Source: Isurus oxyrinchus
Taxonomy: Eukaryota
Direction of reading: 5' to 3'
NCBI GenBank assembly: GCA_026770705.1
Contig: JANJGN010000152.1
Coordinates: 1 to 64,000 of the forward strand
DNA length: 64,000 nucleotides
The notes under the pieces are model-generated. The model worked only from the letters and a program-made list of their open reading frames with translations. It made no database searches and was not told where the DNA came from. This document shows positions 38,951 to 51,929 of the stretch, piece after piece; position 1 is the first letter of the stretch; every line of letters starts with the position of its first letter. A program made the position numbers and the translations under genes.

Positions 38951-39326
38951 TGCTTAAGTTACAGAATTAATTATCTATGAAATGGACTAAAGAATCTTTC
39001 AAATGATCCCGTGTGTTTTTCATTTCCGTTTATCCGCAGGCATTCACCAAATTTGCCATTGCAAATGGAACAAATATGGAGCCAATTTGGTGACATCCTT
39101 GATTTTTGGATCTTTGTCTCTCCTTCGGCCTCTGTCACTATTGGTGTCTATGTCTGTGTGTGTTCCTCGTCGTGTGTCAGTGTGGTTCTGTTCCCTGAGT
39201 GGGTAAACGCATTTTTGCCATCGCAAACATAATTCACTTTTGTTATGTATCTTCATGGTAAATGGTACAGAGATAAACATCCGGCTTAAAAGTTGCACGA
39301 CGGGATTAACATTTTTGTACATACTA

Positions 39327-39400
39327 GTGCCATTGGCATAGCCCATTAAAATACTGATTTCACAAACCAGGTGCTGTGAGTTCGGTCCTTGCTGGTGCCT
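39327..39400 (+). pseudogene. tRNA-Thr pseudogene
   Basis: ACTG...AAACCAGG..CTGTGAGTTCGGTCCTTGCTGGTGCCT matches the tRNA-Thr 3' half. Confidence 0.55.
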
Positions 39401-39589
39401 GTAGTTTAGCTGATGAAAGCAGTGGAAATGTAAGCTGTGGGGAAGGTACAGGGGAGTATGTCGGCTGAAAAGAGATTTAGGACAGATCTGGGCAACAAGG
39501 ATGGAACATGGAGTATAGCTTTGGGATGTGCGAAGGTTATGTGATTCAGAAGGTTCAAAAGAAATTTTTAAAAAGCTGAACTATTTAGG

Positions 39590-41290
39590 TAAAGCAAGTA
39601 ATTAGGAAAGCTAATAGAATGTCATAATTTAATATGAGGGGATTTGAGATAAGAAGATTATGCTTCAGTTGTACAGGACACTGGTGAGACCATATCTGGA
39701 GTATTGTGTAGATTATTGGCCTCCTTATTTAAGGAAAGGTGTAAATGCGTTAGAAGTAGTTCAGAGAAGGTTTACTGGACTAATACCAAGAATGATCAGG
39801 TTGTCTTATGAGGAAAGGCTGGACAGGCTAGGCTTGTATCTGCTGGAGTTTAGAAGGCTAAGAAGCAACTTGACCGAAATCTTTCAGATCCTGAGGGGCC
39901 TTGACAGGATGAATGTGGAGAGGATGTTTCCTCTTGTGGGATAATATAGAACTAGAGGTCACTGTTTAAAAATAAGGGATCCTTCATTGAAGACAGAGAT
40001 GAGAGAATTTTTTTTCTCTCAGAGGGTCGTGAGTCTTTGGAACTCTCTTCCTCAAAAGGCAGTGGAAGCAGAGTCTTTGAAGGTTTTGAAGGCAGAGCTA
40101 GATAGATTATTGATCATTATCAGGAGGTCGGTGGGAGGTTACAATCAGATCAGGCATGAACTTATTGAATGGCGGAAAGCAGGCTTGAATGGCCGAGTGG
40201 CCTACTCCTAGTTCATATCTTCACATATTCTTTGAATCCAGGCTGCTTGCAGTGCCTGTATGCCACAAAGTCAAGGATGATTGACATTTTCACTGAGGAA
40301 CATGTAAACAGACAGTGGATTCATTCGGTGCGATGGTATTTTCCAGTTAGATAACGATCTAGATGAAGGAACTGAGGCTAAGTTTGCAGATGATACAAAG
40401 ATATGTGGAGGAACAAGTAGTATTGAGGAGGCGGGGAGGCTGCAGAAGGAATTAGACAGGTTAGGAGAATGGGCAAAGAAGTGGCAGATGGAATACAACG
40501 TGTGAGGTCATGCACTTTGGTAGGAAGAATAGAGGCATAGACTATGTTTTAAATGGGGAGAGAATTCAGAAATCTGGAGTGCAAACGGGCTTGGGAGTTC
40601 TAGTCTACGATTCTCTTAAGGTTAACTTGCAGGTTGAGTCAGTAGTTAGGGAGGCAAATGCAATGTTTGCATTCATTTCGAGAGGACAAGAATATAAAAG
40701 CAGGGATGTGCTGCTGAGGCTTTATAAGGCTCTGGTCAGACCACGTTTAGAATATTGTGAGCAATTTTGGGCCCCGTATCTCAAGAAGGATGTGCTGGCC
40801 CTGGAGAATGTCCAGAGGAGGTTCACGAGAACGATCCTAGATAGGAAAGGCTTAACATATGAGGAATGTTTGAGGACTCTGGGTCTATACTCGATGGAGT
40901 TTAGAAGGATGAGGGGGGATCTGATTGAACCTTACAGAATACTGAAAGGCCTGGATAGAGTGGACTTGGGGAAGATGTTCCATTAGTAGGACCCGAGGGC
41001 ACAGCCTCAGAGTAAAGGGAAGACTTTTTAGAACAGAGATGAGGAGAAACTTCTTTAGCCAGAGAGTGGTGAATCTATGGAATTCATTGCCACAGAAGGC
41101 TGTGGAGGCCACGTCATTGAGCGTATTTAAGACCGAGATAGGTAGGTTCTTGATTGGTAAGGGGATCAAAGGTTACGGGGAGAAGGCAGAAAAATGGGGT
41201 TGAGAAACTTATCAACCATGATTGAATGGCGGAGCAGACTCGTTGGGCCGAATGGCCTAATTTCTGCTCCTATGTCTTATGGTCTTATGA
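39590..41290 (+). mobile_element. Two tandem CR1 LINE 3' fragments
   Basis: LYRTLVRPYLEYC and LYKALVRPRLEYC ORFs. Confidence 0.9.
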
Positions 41291-41546
41291 ATATGTGCAA
41301 TCATAGAATCAATTTCTATTTGTTGCTTTGAACCCAATATTTCTAATGGGTTGGATGTTATGCATATGTTTGATCTAATTTAACTTATTTTCTTGGAAAT
41401 AAACATTCGTAAAATTATTTGTCTGGGAAGGTACTTGGGATAACAGCAGGACTGGCAAAGTTTGGACAATATTTTTGTACCCAAAGGACACAGCGCAGAA
41501 CTCTGTCAGTAATATATGTAGAAGCAGGAATAGAGAGAATCTACTG

Positions 41547-41600
41547 GCCCTAGATGGTATCAGACCATCAATGTTTGGGTTGACAGCTGCATTCGCGAAA
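41547..41600 (-). pseudogene. Possible tRNA-Asn remnant
   Basis: CAGCTGTCAACCCAAACATTGATGGTCTGATACCATCTAGGG resembles the tRNA-Asn 3' half. Confidence 0.3.
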
Positions 41601-41617
41601 CAAGATGTTACACAAAT

Positions 41618-41675
41618 ACCCTGGTGACCTAGTGGTTTGGATTCGGGGCTTTCATCGCCCAGGTTTGATCCCCGC
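41618..41675 (+). pseudogene. tRNA-Glu(TTC) pseudogene with internal deletion
   Basis: CCCTGGTGACCTAGTGGTTTGGATTCGGGGCTTTCATCG...CCCAGGTTTGATCCCG. Confidence 0.65.
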
Positions 41676-41739
41676 TCTCACTGTTGTGTAACAATATCAC
41701 AACCAGAAATCAATTACTGATTTGAAAAAGTTACCCCCA

Positions 41740-42600
41740 AAACCTTAACCCCTTCCCATGGCACCTTCCTATATAATCGCAGGATGTGCAAAACCTGCCC
41801 CTTTACCTCCTCCCTTCTCACCGTCCAAGTCCCCAAACACTCCTTCCAGGTGAAGCAGAGATTTATTTGCACTTCTTACAACTCAGACTGTTGTATTCAC
41901 TGCTCACAATGTGGTCTCCTCTACACTAAGGAGAGTAAGCACAGACTGACTGCCCGTTTTGCCAAACACCTTCACAGCCCACAAGCTTGACCCAGGCCTG
42001 CCTGTCACCATCTTGCTCTCACGCTCACATTTCTGTCCTGGGCCTTCTACAATGTTCCAGTGAAGCCCAACGCAAACGAGGAACAGCACCTCATCTTCTC
42101 ATTAGGCACTCTACAGCCTTCTGGACTCAACATTGAGGTCAATAAGTTCACATTATGAACTCTGCCCTCCATTTTAATTTCCCTGCAGCTCCCAACCCCC
42201 CAAGAGCCAGTCTGCATCTTTTTCTCATGTTTTGCTTTCAGACAGCCCTGACCCTTTTCCTGCTATTAACACATTCTGCTATTTTGCTTCAAGTCAGTGC
42301 TGACCCTTGTTTAGATATTAACACATGCTTTAGTCTTTAATGATATCATAAACATTTCCTTTGACTTGTGTTCCATGACATTTTTGTCATTGAATCCCTC
42401 CTGACCTCCAAACAATCCCTGACCTGCTATTTTGCTCCATCTGCTCCACCCACCCTGGGCAACAGCATAACACCCATCACATTTCTACCTCCTTTCAGTT
42501 CTGAAGACATCATATTGTCCGGAAATGTTAACTCTGTTTCTGTCTCCACAGATGCTGCCTGGCCTGCTGTGAACTTCAGCGCCCCCTGTTTTTATTAGAG
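41740..42600 (+). mobile_element. Penelope-like element fragment with degenerate GIY-YIG endonuclease
   Basis: ORF 41784-41990 FQVKQRFICTS...CIHCSQCGLLYTKESKHRLTARFAKHL resembles the Penelope YIGET..RL..RF.EH motif. Confidence 0.7.
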
Positions 42601-43033
42601 CACCAATTCCTGGCTTTATTAAAACATGAAATGTATAGCAAGTCGGCCATAATCAGCGGAACGAGAAACAGAGTTAAAGCTCCACGTGGGTATTAAATAG
42701 AACTGGAAATGTCTGAGTTGGAGATTAGGAATTTAAAAATGTGACATGAAAGTGGAAGAATTTTATGTTGGTCAATTAGTTTCCGTCATGAATATCTGCC
42801 ATGTGCTGCCTTAAAAGGTTTGCAGGAACCACAGTGATTTGATTGGTGGATTTTGGAAATTGAATTTTGCATTTCACAGCTTTTGGTACTATTTCACCAA
42901 CCTGTCAATTTCATGTTGTAGCCAATGGCAATGGTTGTTTTAATTGGCTGAATAGGTCATTTTGCCTCTGGAGAAAGTGGTTTAAAGTGAAAAAAATGGC
43001 AAAAGTATTGTTTATGAAACTGCAGGGGTAACC

Positions 43034-43105
43034 TCCCTGCTGGCCTCATGGCTAGTGTTCGGAACTTGTACTGCCGCGGCTCGCGTTCAATTTCTGGTTG
43101 ATTAA
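43034..43105 (+). pseudogene. tRNA-Glu pseudogene
   Basis: TCCCTGCTGG...TGGCTAG..TTCGG...ACTGCCGCGGCTCGCGTTCAATTTCTGGT. Confidence 0.6.
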
Positions 43106-43120
43106 AGCACAGTGATAATG

Positions 43121-43170
43121 CCCCTGGTGTCCGAGTGGACAGGATTCAGCACATTGACCGCCGCGGCCTT
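43121..43170 (+). pseudogene. tRNA-Glu 5' remnant
   Basis: CCCCTGGTGTCCGAGTGGACAGGATTCAGCAC...ACCGCCGCGGCC. Confidence 0.55.
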
Positions 43171-45080
43171 GCGTGGGAATGAGGGTTCTTTGCTCATGTC
43201 CACACTGCTTAAACAGAGAGTTTATATTATTGGTAAAAAACTGAAAACGCAGTGGCGAATCAGTGGAGTGAGAGTTGAAGTTTCACATCAGAGCTGGTAT
43301 CAGAGGGTATGGAGCAGGGAGAGAAGATCCCCACGGTGATGTTCAGTGAGTTTAGGAGGTTCATATCAGAGGGAATGGAACAGCGAGAGAGGATCCCTGT
43401 GGTGATGTTGAGTGAGATCAGTTGTTTGTTGCGTCAGGCAGACCGCAGGTTCTGAGAATTTCCACGAGTTCTACTCACTGGTAATCCTGATAAACCCCAA
43501 ACTGTGGTAATAATTTGCAGGAATACTGCTCGCTAACGTGTCTTTGTCAGATCGGCCCCAGCTTCTGGGAATGAGTCTTGGGTTTGTGTCAGCTGTTTCT
43601 TCTGTCTTATATGTGTACTTTTTGTTATTCATTTATGCGATGTGGGCGTGGCTGTCTGGGCCAGCATTTATTGCACATCCCTAATTGCCTTGAGAAGATG
43701 GACTGTGATGTCTCTGCCTTGTGAGTGTTTAATTGGACAAAGTAGAGCCTGTCCAGGCGAATGCTCTGGCGGTACGGGTTCAAATCCCAACATGACAGCT
43801 GCTGGGATTTAAATTCAGTTCATAAAATCTGGGATTGAAAACTGACCTCGGTAATGGTGACCATGGCAACTATCACCGATTGTCGTAAAAACCAATCTGC
43901 TGCACTAATATCCTTTAGTGAAGGAAATCTGCCATCTTTATCCGGCCTGGCCGACATTTGATTCCAGGTCCACAGCAATGTGACTGAACTGCCCTCTGAA
44001 TTGGTCTCGGAAGCCGGGCTGTTCGGGGCGGCCTTGCCAGCGACACCCACATCTCATGAAAGGATAAAGAGAAAAAAAACCTTTACTCCCTATTTAACCC
44101 CTGCTAAACGGACCCTGGGCATGTTTAACGGGACTGTGCAAAGGAAACTTTAGTCCTCCATATGCTGTCCTCTATGGGCCTCTGATGAAGCAGACTCCTG
44201 CTGTTTACTATTGCCTGACATGTGACTGTGACAGGCCTGAGTATGAGTGAAAGCACCGAGGCTCTCCTCGCTGTACGATCATTTTGCCTCTGGGGTTTGG
44301 CATAAAAAGGCAGAAGAAAAGGTGCATTAACACCGATGGGTCGCTGGGAGACGCACTGACTCTTGCACTGAAGGACCTTGGGCTCTGAAGAAGAGTCATA
44401 AGAACTCGAAACGTTAATTCTGTTTTTTTTTGTCTCCACAGATGCTGTGAGACCTGCTGAGTTTTTCCAACATTTTCTGTTTTTGTTTCAGATCCCAGAC
44501 AGGACTGGTTAAAAATACCTGCCTGGGAAAAGGGCTAAAACAGTGTAATAGGGAAAATGGAGCGGTGTCGATGGGCCTGAGAGAAAGGAGTTCAGCAAAG
44601 TCAGTTCGTTTCACATTCATGATTTATTAACAATTTCAGGGAACATTTTACAGAAAAGTTTATTTTAAAGTTAACTGAAGTGAATATAATGACTGAGAGT
44701 CACATTGAGAACAGAGCATATTCGCTCTGAGCTGCCAACTGTGTATACAACTGTAACAGAGACCTGAAAGAGAAAACAGGAACTCAATGTAAAGGGATGG
44801 GATTAATTGTGAATGAGGGATTAGAAACGTTACTTATTTACACAGGGAATTCAAACTACTGGGAAATTATAAGCTGCTATTGCAATGCAATCATAATTAT
44901 CTCGCACATTTGAAACAGAGAAACGGAAATACCGTCCATGATTGTCTCAGTTACAAATTCGGAAACATGAACTGAAGGTATTTCATTTTTACAGTCACCG
45001 AGAGGATATATTTTAAATTCGGAATACAGAAATCTCAATAAACAGCTGAGGAAAATCTACGGTGTCCAAAATTCAACCAG

Positions 45081-45089
45081 TCACTTGAT
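45081..45089 (-). CDS. IGHM: IgM TM2 exon coding part (IK*)
   Basis: TTTTACAG|ATC AAG TGA gives cytoplasmic tail KIK (homologous to KVK). Confidence 0.85.
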   Translation of the reverse strand: MK

Positions 45090-45228
45090 CTGTAAAAGAA
45101 GATGAAATAATGAAGCAGGTTGTTTTGATCTAGGACATTTATGTTAGAGTTTTAATCAATGAAACATTGAGAGATTTTTTCAAACCGCTTCTGTCAGTTT
45201 GAAGTGTGAGTGGATTGAATCTTCTCAC

Positions 45229-45356
45229 CTTCGCCAGAGTGACGGCAGTGCTGTAGAAAATGCTCAGGAAGAACAGGATGATGAATGTGGAAGCGGTTGT
45301 CCAGATGTTGCCGTTATCATCCTCAGAGTCTTCAGTCCAGATACGGTCTGTGGAAT
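45229..45356 (-). CDS. IGHM: IgM TM1 exon (DSTDRIWTEDSEDDNGNIWTTASTFIILFFLSIFYSTAVTLAK)
   Basis: Acidic spacer plus conserved WTTASTF..LF.LS.FYS..VTL motif; AG/GT flanks; phase matches the CH4 internal donor. Confidence 0.95.
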
Positions 45357-45899
45357 CTACGGGGATATAACCGAGGAGATATAACTAGATTGATTATTAA
45401 TCTAGGATATCATTTTTAAACATTTCCTTTACTCTTTCCTAAGTTATTAATGTATTCCATGTTCAATGTATATCTCCTATTAAGTTCGTGACACTCAGTA
45501 ACCCATCTCTGTAACTATCTCCTCAGCCGTTCTCCCTTTACAATCTTTGTACAGCCCGTGTCGGAAAATATGGCAACTTTTCTCCAGTATCAGTTTATTT
45601 TCGAACAATTTCGTACGATCTATTATTGGAGAATATTATGATGGGTATCAGGAGAGATTCACTGAGCTGCTTATTTGGAAACTGTGAATGTTGCTTTTTA
45701 AAAGCTCGGATGTGAGTTCCCATCTTGTTTATCTATTTGTGATGGGAATATTTGGTGCATCATTAACTTAAATCAGTTTCTCAGTAAGAGCATTTTTTCA
45801 GTGTGTTTATCGGGTTATTATGTAAAAGAGACAATTGCCGGAGGATATGCCATTAAAAAAGTCCATTTGAATTATACTTTCTTCAATAGTCTGGCGTTT

Positions 45900-47030
45900 G
45901 CGTTGTGCTTTAGCTTTTGTATGTGTGTGCATCAGTATCTCGCGCTTTGCATTACTGTTTGTTTGTGTGTCCATAGGTGTGCATGTGTGTTAATGTGTGT
46001 GTTCATGTGCCAATGAGTGCTGATTTGTGTATTTTTGTGTCTGCATCTTTACGTATACTTTGTTTTTCTGCTAATGTGGGTGTATGCGTGTGTTATTGTG
46101 TGTGTTTATGTCTTGATTTCCAAATTTACTTATTACTATCTGTGTAAATGTGTATTTACCTGTTTAATGTGTGCCTGCTAATATGAGTGTTAATGTTTCT
46201 TTTTGTGTTCCACGTGTAAGTCAGCATATTAATGTCTGGGTCACAGCGTCTGTGTGTGTGTGTGTGTATGCGCGTGTGTGTGTGACACAGCGAGAGAGAG
46301 AGTTTTTAATATGTGCATTTGTGTGTTGATCGATATTTAGAACTATGTATCAATGTGTTTTTATGTTTTCATATGTACTAACGTGTGTTTTTTGTTTTCT
46401 AGTGTGTATGAGTATATTCATATTTGTGTCTACATGTGTGTTTGTGAATGTGTTAGTCTGTTCTTCTGTGTTTTTGTGTCTGGGTGTCATCTGCTCATAT
46501 GTGTGCATGTGTTAATGTGTGTCCATGCATTTGTTTTAATTTGTACGATAGTGTGTGTCTTTATGTCTGGATTTATGTCATTGTGAACGTGTAATACTGC
46601 ATATGCTAAAACTTACATTTGTTCTTTGTGTCCTTGTATGAGTCTGCCTGTCTGGTTTTATCTGTTTGTGTGTGTGTGATTGTGTATATGTGTGTGAGTG
46701 AGTGTGTCTGTGTGTGTATTTCTGCATGTGTGTGATTGTATGCGTGTGTATTTCTGCATGTGTGTGATTGTGTGTACGTGTGTGTCTGTGTATGTTTGTG
46801 TGTCTGCACCCATGTGTTTGTGATTGTGCGCATATGTGTGCGCGTGTGTATGCACGTGTGTCTGTATTTGTCTATGTGTGCCTGCCTGTGTCTGCCTGTG
46901 TTTGTGTGGCTGCGCATGTGTGGGTGTAAATGTGTCTGCCTGTACCTGTGTGTGTTTGTCTGTGTGTCTGTGCCTATGTGTGTGTGTACGCATGTTTGTG
47001 TCTGTCCATTTTTGTCAGCTGTGTGTGTTT
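45900..47030. repeat. TG-rich low-complexity region between CH4 and TM1
   Basis: Degenerate (TG)n. Confidence 0.9.
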
Positions 47031-47599
47031 TTACTATTTTCCCGAATTTTACCAGTACCAATGATCGAGTCTGACCTTGATGTTGAAAATTTTGGTGAAT
47101 ATTTTCAATGTTCTGTGCATAAACATGTTTTCTGTGGGATGCAAGGTGATATCAGGTGCACGAATGCAAACAATCAATCATGTGCCTCATAAAATTCAGG
47201 GACAGAACCTTGAAAAACCCAGGGAGGATTCAATCACCAGTATAGATTCGGATTGTGGGAAATTAATCTTAGCATAAGCTTAACAGGAACAAGAGTATTA
47301 AAACATCTTCAAATTATGTTGCATAAATATATGTTTTGCAACATCCTAAGCATGATGAGAGTTTAAAATCTGTGGCCAGTAAGCTGGAAGCCAACGTGGA
47401 CTGTTGGTAACTGAGTCCTGACAGTAGAGACCGTTTCCTTCCAGATTCTCTGCTCGGTGAGTGAGGGTCCAGTGAGCTAATAGTTTTGTTCTGTCTGGTT
47501 GTCTAAACAATTTCCCTTTCAGTTCTCTCTGCTGAGAAGGTGGAGACACATCGGGTTAACCAATGACGTTCCTCTTCTTTTTGTTTAGCAAGTGGAGAT

Positions 47600-48055
47600 A
47601 AGATTGGCTTAAAATTTTCCTTTCAGTTTTCTCTGTTGGGGAAGTGGAGGTACAGCGGATTATCAATTTCCCTTCCCCTCTCTCCGTTGGGAAAGTGGGA
47701 TACAGTGGCTAAACAATTCCCCCCCACCCGCTGTTGTGGAAGTGGAGGTGAAGTGGGTTAACAATGTCCCCTTCCCCTCTCTCCGTTGGGAAAGTGGGGT
47801 ACAGTGGCTAAACAATTCCCCCCCCCCCCCCCCCCCCCACCCACTGTTGTGGAAGTGGAGGTGAAGTTAGTTAACAATGTCCCCTTCCCCTCTCTCTGTT
47901 GGGGAAGTGGGGGTAAAGTAGGTTAACAATTTCCCTTCCCCTCCCTCTGTTGGGGAAGTCGGGGTACAGCGGGTTAACAACTTCCCTCCCTCATCTCTCT
48001 GTTGGGCAAGAGCGAGTACAGTGAGTTAACAATTACCCTCCCCCCTCCCTGATGG
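47600..48055 (+). repeat. ~50-bp tandem repeat (TTAACAATTTCCCTTCCCCTCTCTCTGTTGGGGAAGTGGGGTACAG..)
   Basis: About 9 diverged copies downstream of the secretory polyA site. Confidence 0.85.
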
Positions 48056-48498
48056 GCGATTGTTGGGACATGTTTCTGTGTGACTCCACTTCAGTTCCCA
48101 GTGGGTGTGGGGCAGCAGTTTAAAGCTGACGTCCATTTTAAAGGGATGGACAACAAGAGAAGCAGGAACACTGAGATCTAAATGTGCTGTGTTTGTTTGT
48201 CTGAAATGAGAATTGTCAGATTTCTCCTCAGTGGGAGGAGAGCTGGTGAAGTTATTTTACAGAATCCCTTGATGAATGAGCTTTACTCTGTCTCTAACCC
48301 TGGGTGTATCTGAGCTGCGAGCACTGGGTGTACAAGACTTGGGTATGAGCCCTGTAAATATTCGATTTTAACTAAACAGGTCTAACATCAGCAAAAGTGG
48401 AAAACAACATTGATTATACAATTGTGTATTTAAATCACGATTGGAGAAAAGGACTTTATTATTTGTTTATTGAGGTTTGAAATTAAACTGAGAAATTC

Positions 48499-48890
48499 TC
48501 ATTGACATGAATTAACGGTGTCCATCAGTGCAAGGGAAATGTTCACAAAACTCGGTTTACCGCTGGATTTATCAACAGTTCTGTTGATGATCTTCAAGGG
48601 GATCGCTTCATGTCCCACCACACAGGAGTAAGAAGCTCCGCTGGCCCACTCCTCTGCTGCAATGGATAACAGGCTGTACATGAAGAAGGAGCGATTGCCG
48701 TTCTCCGCCACTACCTCGGTGTTCTTGTAGTTTCCGGGATCCACCGGCTTGTCATTGACGGTCCACTTGACGAAAATCTCTCGTGGGGAGAAACCTCTCA
48801 CTAAGCAGCTGAGGGAGACAAATCTCTGATCGGAGACATCTTCTGCCGAGGGCAGGAGGACAGACACGGACGGTTCCCGCGGGTCTTTAA
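48499..48890 (-). CDS. IGHM: IgM CH4 exon plus secretory tailpiece (...[20 protein letters not shown])
   Basis: Acceptor CTGCAG; internal donor G/GTAAAC after 48561 for the membrane form; NIS glycan site and penultimate Cys; AATAAA shortly downstream. Confidence 0.97.
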
Positions 48891-49604
48891 CTGCAGAAAA
48901 TGTACAATAAATGTCAACAAACTGGATACTTTCGTAGATAATGAAACTGCTGGTTAGATGTGAGAGAAACGTGTTTTGTGATGAATATTAAGGTTTTTCA
49001 TTATCCACTTCTTGGAAATATATCACCGATCCTTCACTATAACTGAATCAAAATCCTGGGACTCCCTTCCTAACAGCACTGTGGGTGTATCTACACCACA
49101 TGGACTGCAGCGGTTCAAGAAGGCAGCTCACCACCACCTTGTCAAGGGCAATTAGGGATGGGCAATAACTCTGGCCCAGCCAGCGACGCCCACATCCCAT
49201 GAATTAATAAATAAAATACTTTGGGATCTGTCCGGCTTTCCAGCTCGGAGCAGAGGTGGCACAATCCTTTTCATGGAGAACTTATGGGGTTGGACGAGAA
49301 AGTTTCTCAAAGTTTACAGCACAGAAACAGGCCATTCTGCCCAACTGGTCTATGTTGGTGTTACAGCTTCGCACCAGGATCCTCCCATCTTGCTTCATCT
49401 AAACCCAATGGCACAACCTTCAATTCATCGTTCATTCATCTACTTATCAATTTCCCCTTGAAAGTCCACATGCCCAGGGCGTTTGGTTGGCGAAATTGCT
49501 CATCAGAGTAGACCATGAGTACACTGAATAGTAAATATTGATCCTTACACTTACACTGGAAATAGATTCATTGAACCACTTATTGCTTCAATCTCACTGC
49601 TCAC

Positions 49605-49916
49605 CTTGTTCCTTGTGGATGGAACTCCTTAAAGGAGTTGGCAGATCCTGATGACTCACCACGCAGTAGAACTCAGCCCCACTCAGCCAGGCTTGTGTCG
49701 AGATGTTTACGTTGCTGACCACGCTGTCGGGATCTTCTCCCGGTTGGATGGCGATCTCTGATTTCAAAGGCTTCTTCTCTTGTGTCCAGGACACGAGGAC
49801 TCCATAAGGAGCATTAGAAATGATGCAGGTTAAGGTCACGGTCGCCTCCAGTAAGACCTGTTCAATTGGCGGTGGCAATAGAGTAATTGTGGGATCGTTG
49901 TGGCAGTGGTGATCAC
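49605..49916 (-). CDS. IGHM: IgM CH3 exon
   Basis: 312 nt, AG/GT flanks, VTLTC...VSW...[13 protein letters not shown]. Confidence 0.96.
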
Positions 49917-50537
49917 CTGTGAGACAGAAATTAATATCAACCAAAGTTTCACCTTCAGAATGAGGACAGCAGCGTTCAGTCTTCATTCTCTAAAGGAGAA
50001 TAAATCACCTTGGACATATCAACCTCTAACTATCGTCTTAAATCTTCTTTACACAATGGAAAACCAGTTTGGTCTGTTTAAATCGTTCTCATAATTTAAG
50101 ACGTTTAGCCCCGGTAACATTCTGATGAATCTGCGTTGCCCCAGTCCCAATACAAATACATTATTGCTGGGCCCTGGAACGCAGTACTGAAAGCTGTTTT
50201 ATAAATAGGGTGGATGCACTTTCCAACACTCTATCTTGAAGCTGTTACCAGTGAAGGGTTCCAGACACCTGCCTCTCCAAATATGATCAGCTGACTCAGG
50301 GTAAAGCTGATGTCAACTCCACCTCACTCACTCTGTGACGTCAATGCAGAGACGTGATGTGATAAAATCCTGAATGTTGAACAAACCGAATGCAGCCATT
50401 ACGTCGGAATTAAATACCGACTACATGATAGTAAATTGGAAGTTGTTCCGTGCTTTCTACTAACACCAATAAATTCCTCATTTGATTAACATCAGAGAGC
50501 AGAATGATCTATTGCTTCCTCGGTTTGTATTTCTTAC

Positions 50538-50852
50538 CCTCACACTTGGTGGCGTTTCGACTTCGGGTGACCCCTTGGTGAGTGACCTGACAGGTATAGA
50601 CCGCGTCGGTGAACCATTCCCCAGCGGAGACTTTCAGCCGACTGGTCGCCGAGAAGTTCCCATTCACTTCAAAGGCGGGAGAGGTGACAATTCCTGAATC
50701 CATGGATTGTCCATTCTTCAGCCACTTCACGGTGATTGGCTTCGGACGGAAATCGATGATTGAACACACGGCGATTGCAAATTTGTTCATTGTGATTTCT
50801 TCCCGGGAACTCACGGTGAGGAGAACAGTTGGAGAGAAGATGTCAGGAGGAC
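50538..50852 (-). CDS. IGHM: IgM CH2 exon
   Basis: 315 nt, AG/GT flanks, VCSIIDFRP...KWLKNG...YTCQVTH. Confidence 0.96.
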
Positions 50853-51064
50853 CTTCAGAAAATACAGGTTAAACATTTCTTGCAGAATAAATTGATAACA
50901 GATACAATTAATTCCTACATTTTTATAGGTTCTTTTCCGTTAATAGACACTAACCGAGAATTTGCAGGGAGCAAATCTATGCAAAGCACTATAAATGTAT
51001 TATAACCAAGGCCCTATACAGGTCATTCCCAGCCTCTGTTTCTCACAGGTTCCCCAACACTTAC

Positions 51065-51364
51065 AATGCATTTCAATGCTCTTGTCTGAGCCGCTGTGTC
51101 GAACCTCACACTTGATTTTGCTGCATTCCCCCTCTGACTCGGTGATGGTTAACTGGCTGCTCAGGGTGTAGGTTCCCTTCTGGTTTCTCACTGACGGGTA
51201 AGTCTTAAATCCAGTGGGGATCTGCTGCCCATCTTTCTTCCAGGTCAAGCTGATGATTTCTGGGGAGTAATCCATCGCCAAACAGCCGTAGGTGACGGAG
51301 CCATCGGTGTTGTGTTGCTGACAGGAGGAGACCAGGCTGTAGAGAGTGGGCGAAGACGGTGTCG
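51065..51364 (-). CDS. IGHM: IgM CH1 exon ([15 protein letters not shown]...SIEMH)
   Basis: 300 nt, AG/GT flanks, C1-set motifs [16 protein letters not shown]. Confidence 0.96.
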
Positions 51365-51929
51365 CTGGGAAAGAATGGCCGATTGAACAAGTTAGACTCT
51401 GTGATTTGTGATCATTAAGTAACCATACAACTCAAAAATTGACAATAACTATAAATATATCCTAATATATTCCAACTAAAACCCACATCCACATTTGATC
51501 ATTTATTATTTCCATCATTTGGTGACCCTCACTTGTCGGTTCCCTCTTTAGAAACCCACACTTCTTTTCCCGCCTCTATCCCATTACTAAAAGAGAACAT
51601 TTTGGGTCATCTGAATGACGTACCTTTCATTGGATTAAAACGGAAGAGCAGAGCATCTTCCCCATTATTTCACCACCATTTATTTCTCAATCAACAGCAC
51701 TTAGTGAGAGAGAAATTCTCTCGTCATTTATATCATTGCAGTTTTGGAAATTAGCTCTGTTCAAATTGACTGATGCCCCCTCCCCTCTCCACGTCCTCCC
51801 AAAACAAAGAATATCAACGGCCCTTCGAAAATACCTTTGTAACGGTAACTATATAATGACCATAGAACTCTAAACTGAATACCAGTTACAGTAAGTACGA
51901 CGGTTTCCAATTGTATGTACATGTGAACA

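Noticed and set aside
46606-47192. HT/CV-rich ORFs (also 54877-55705 and 56144-57080)
   Set aside because: Microsatellite translations
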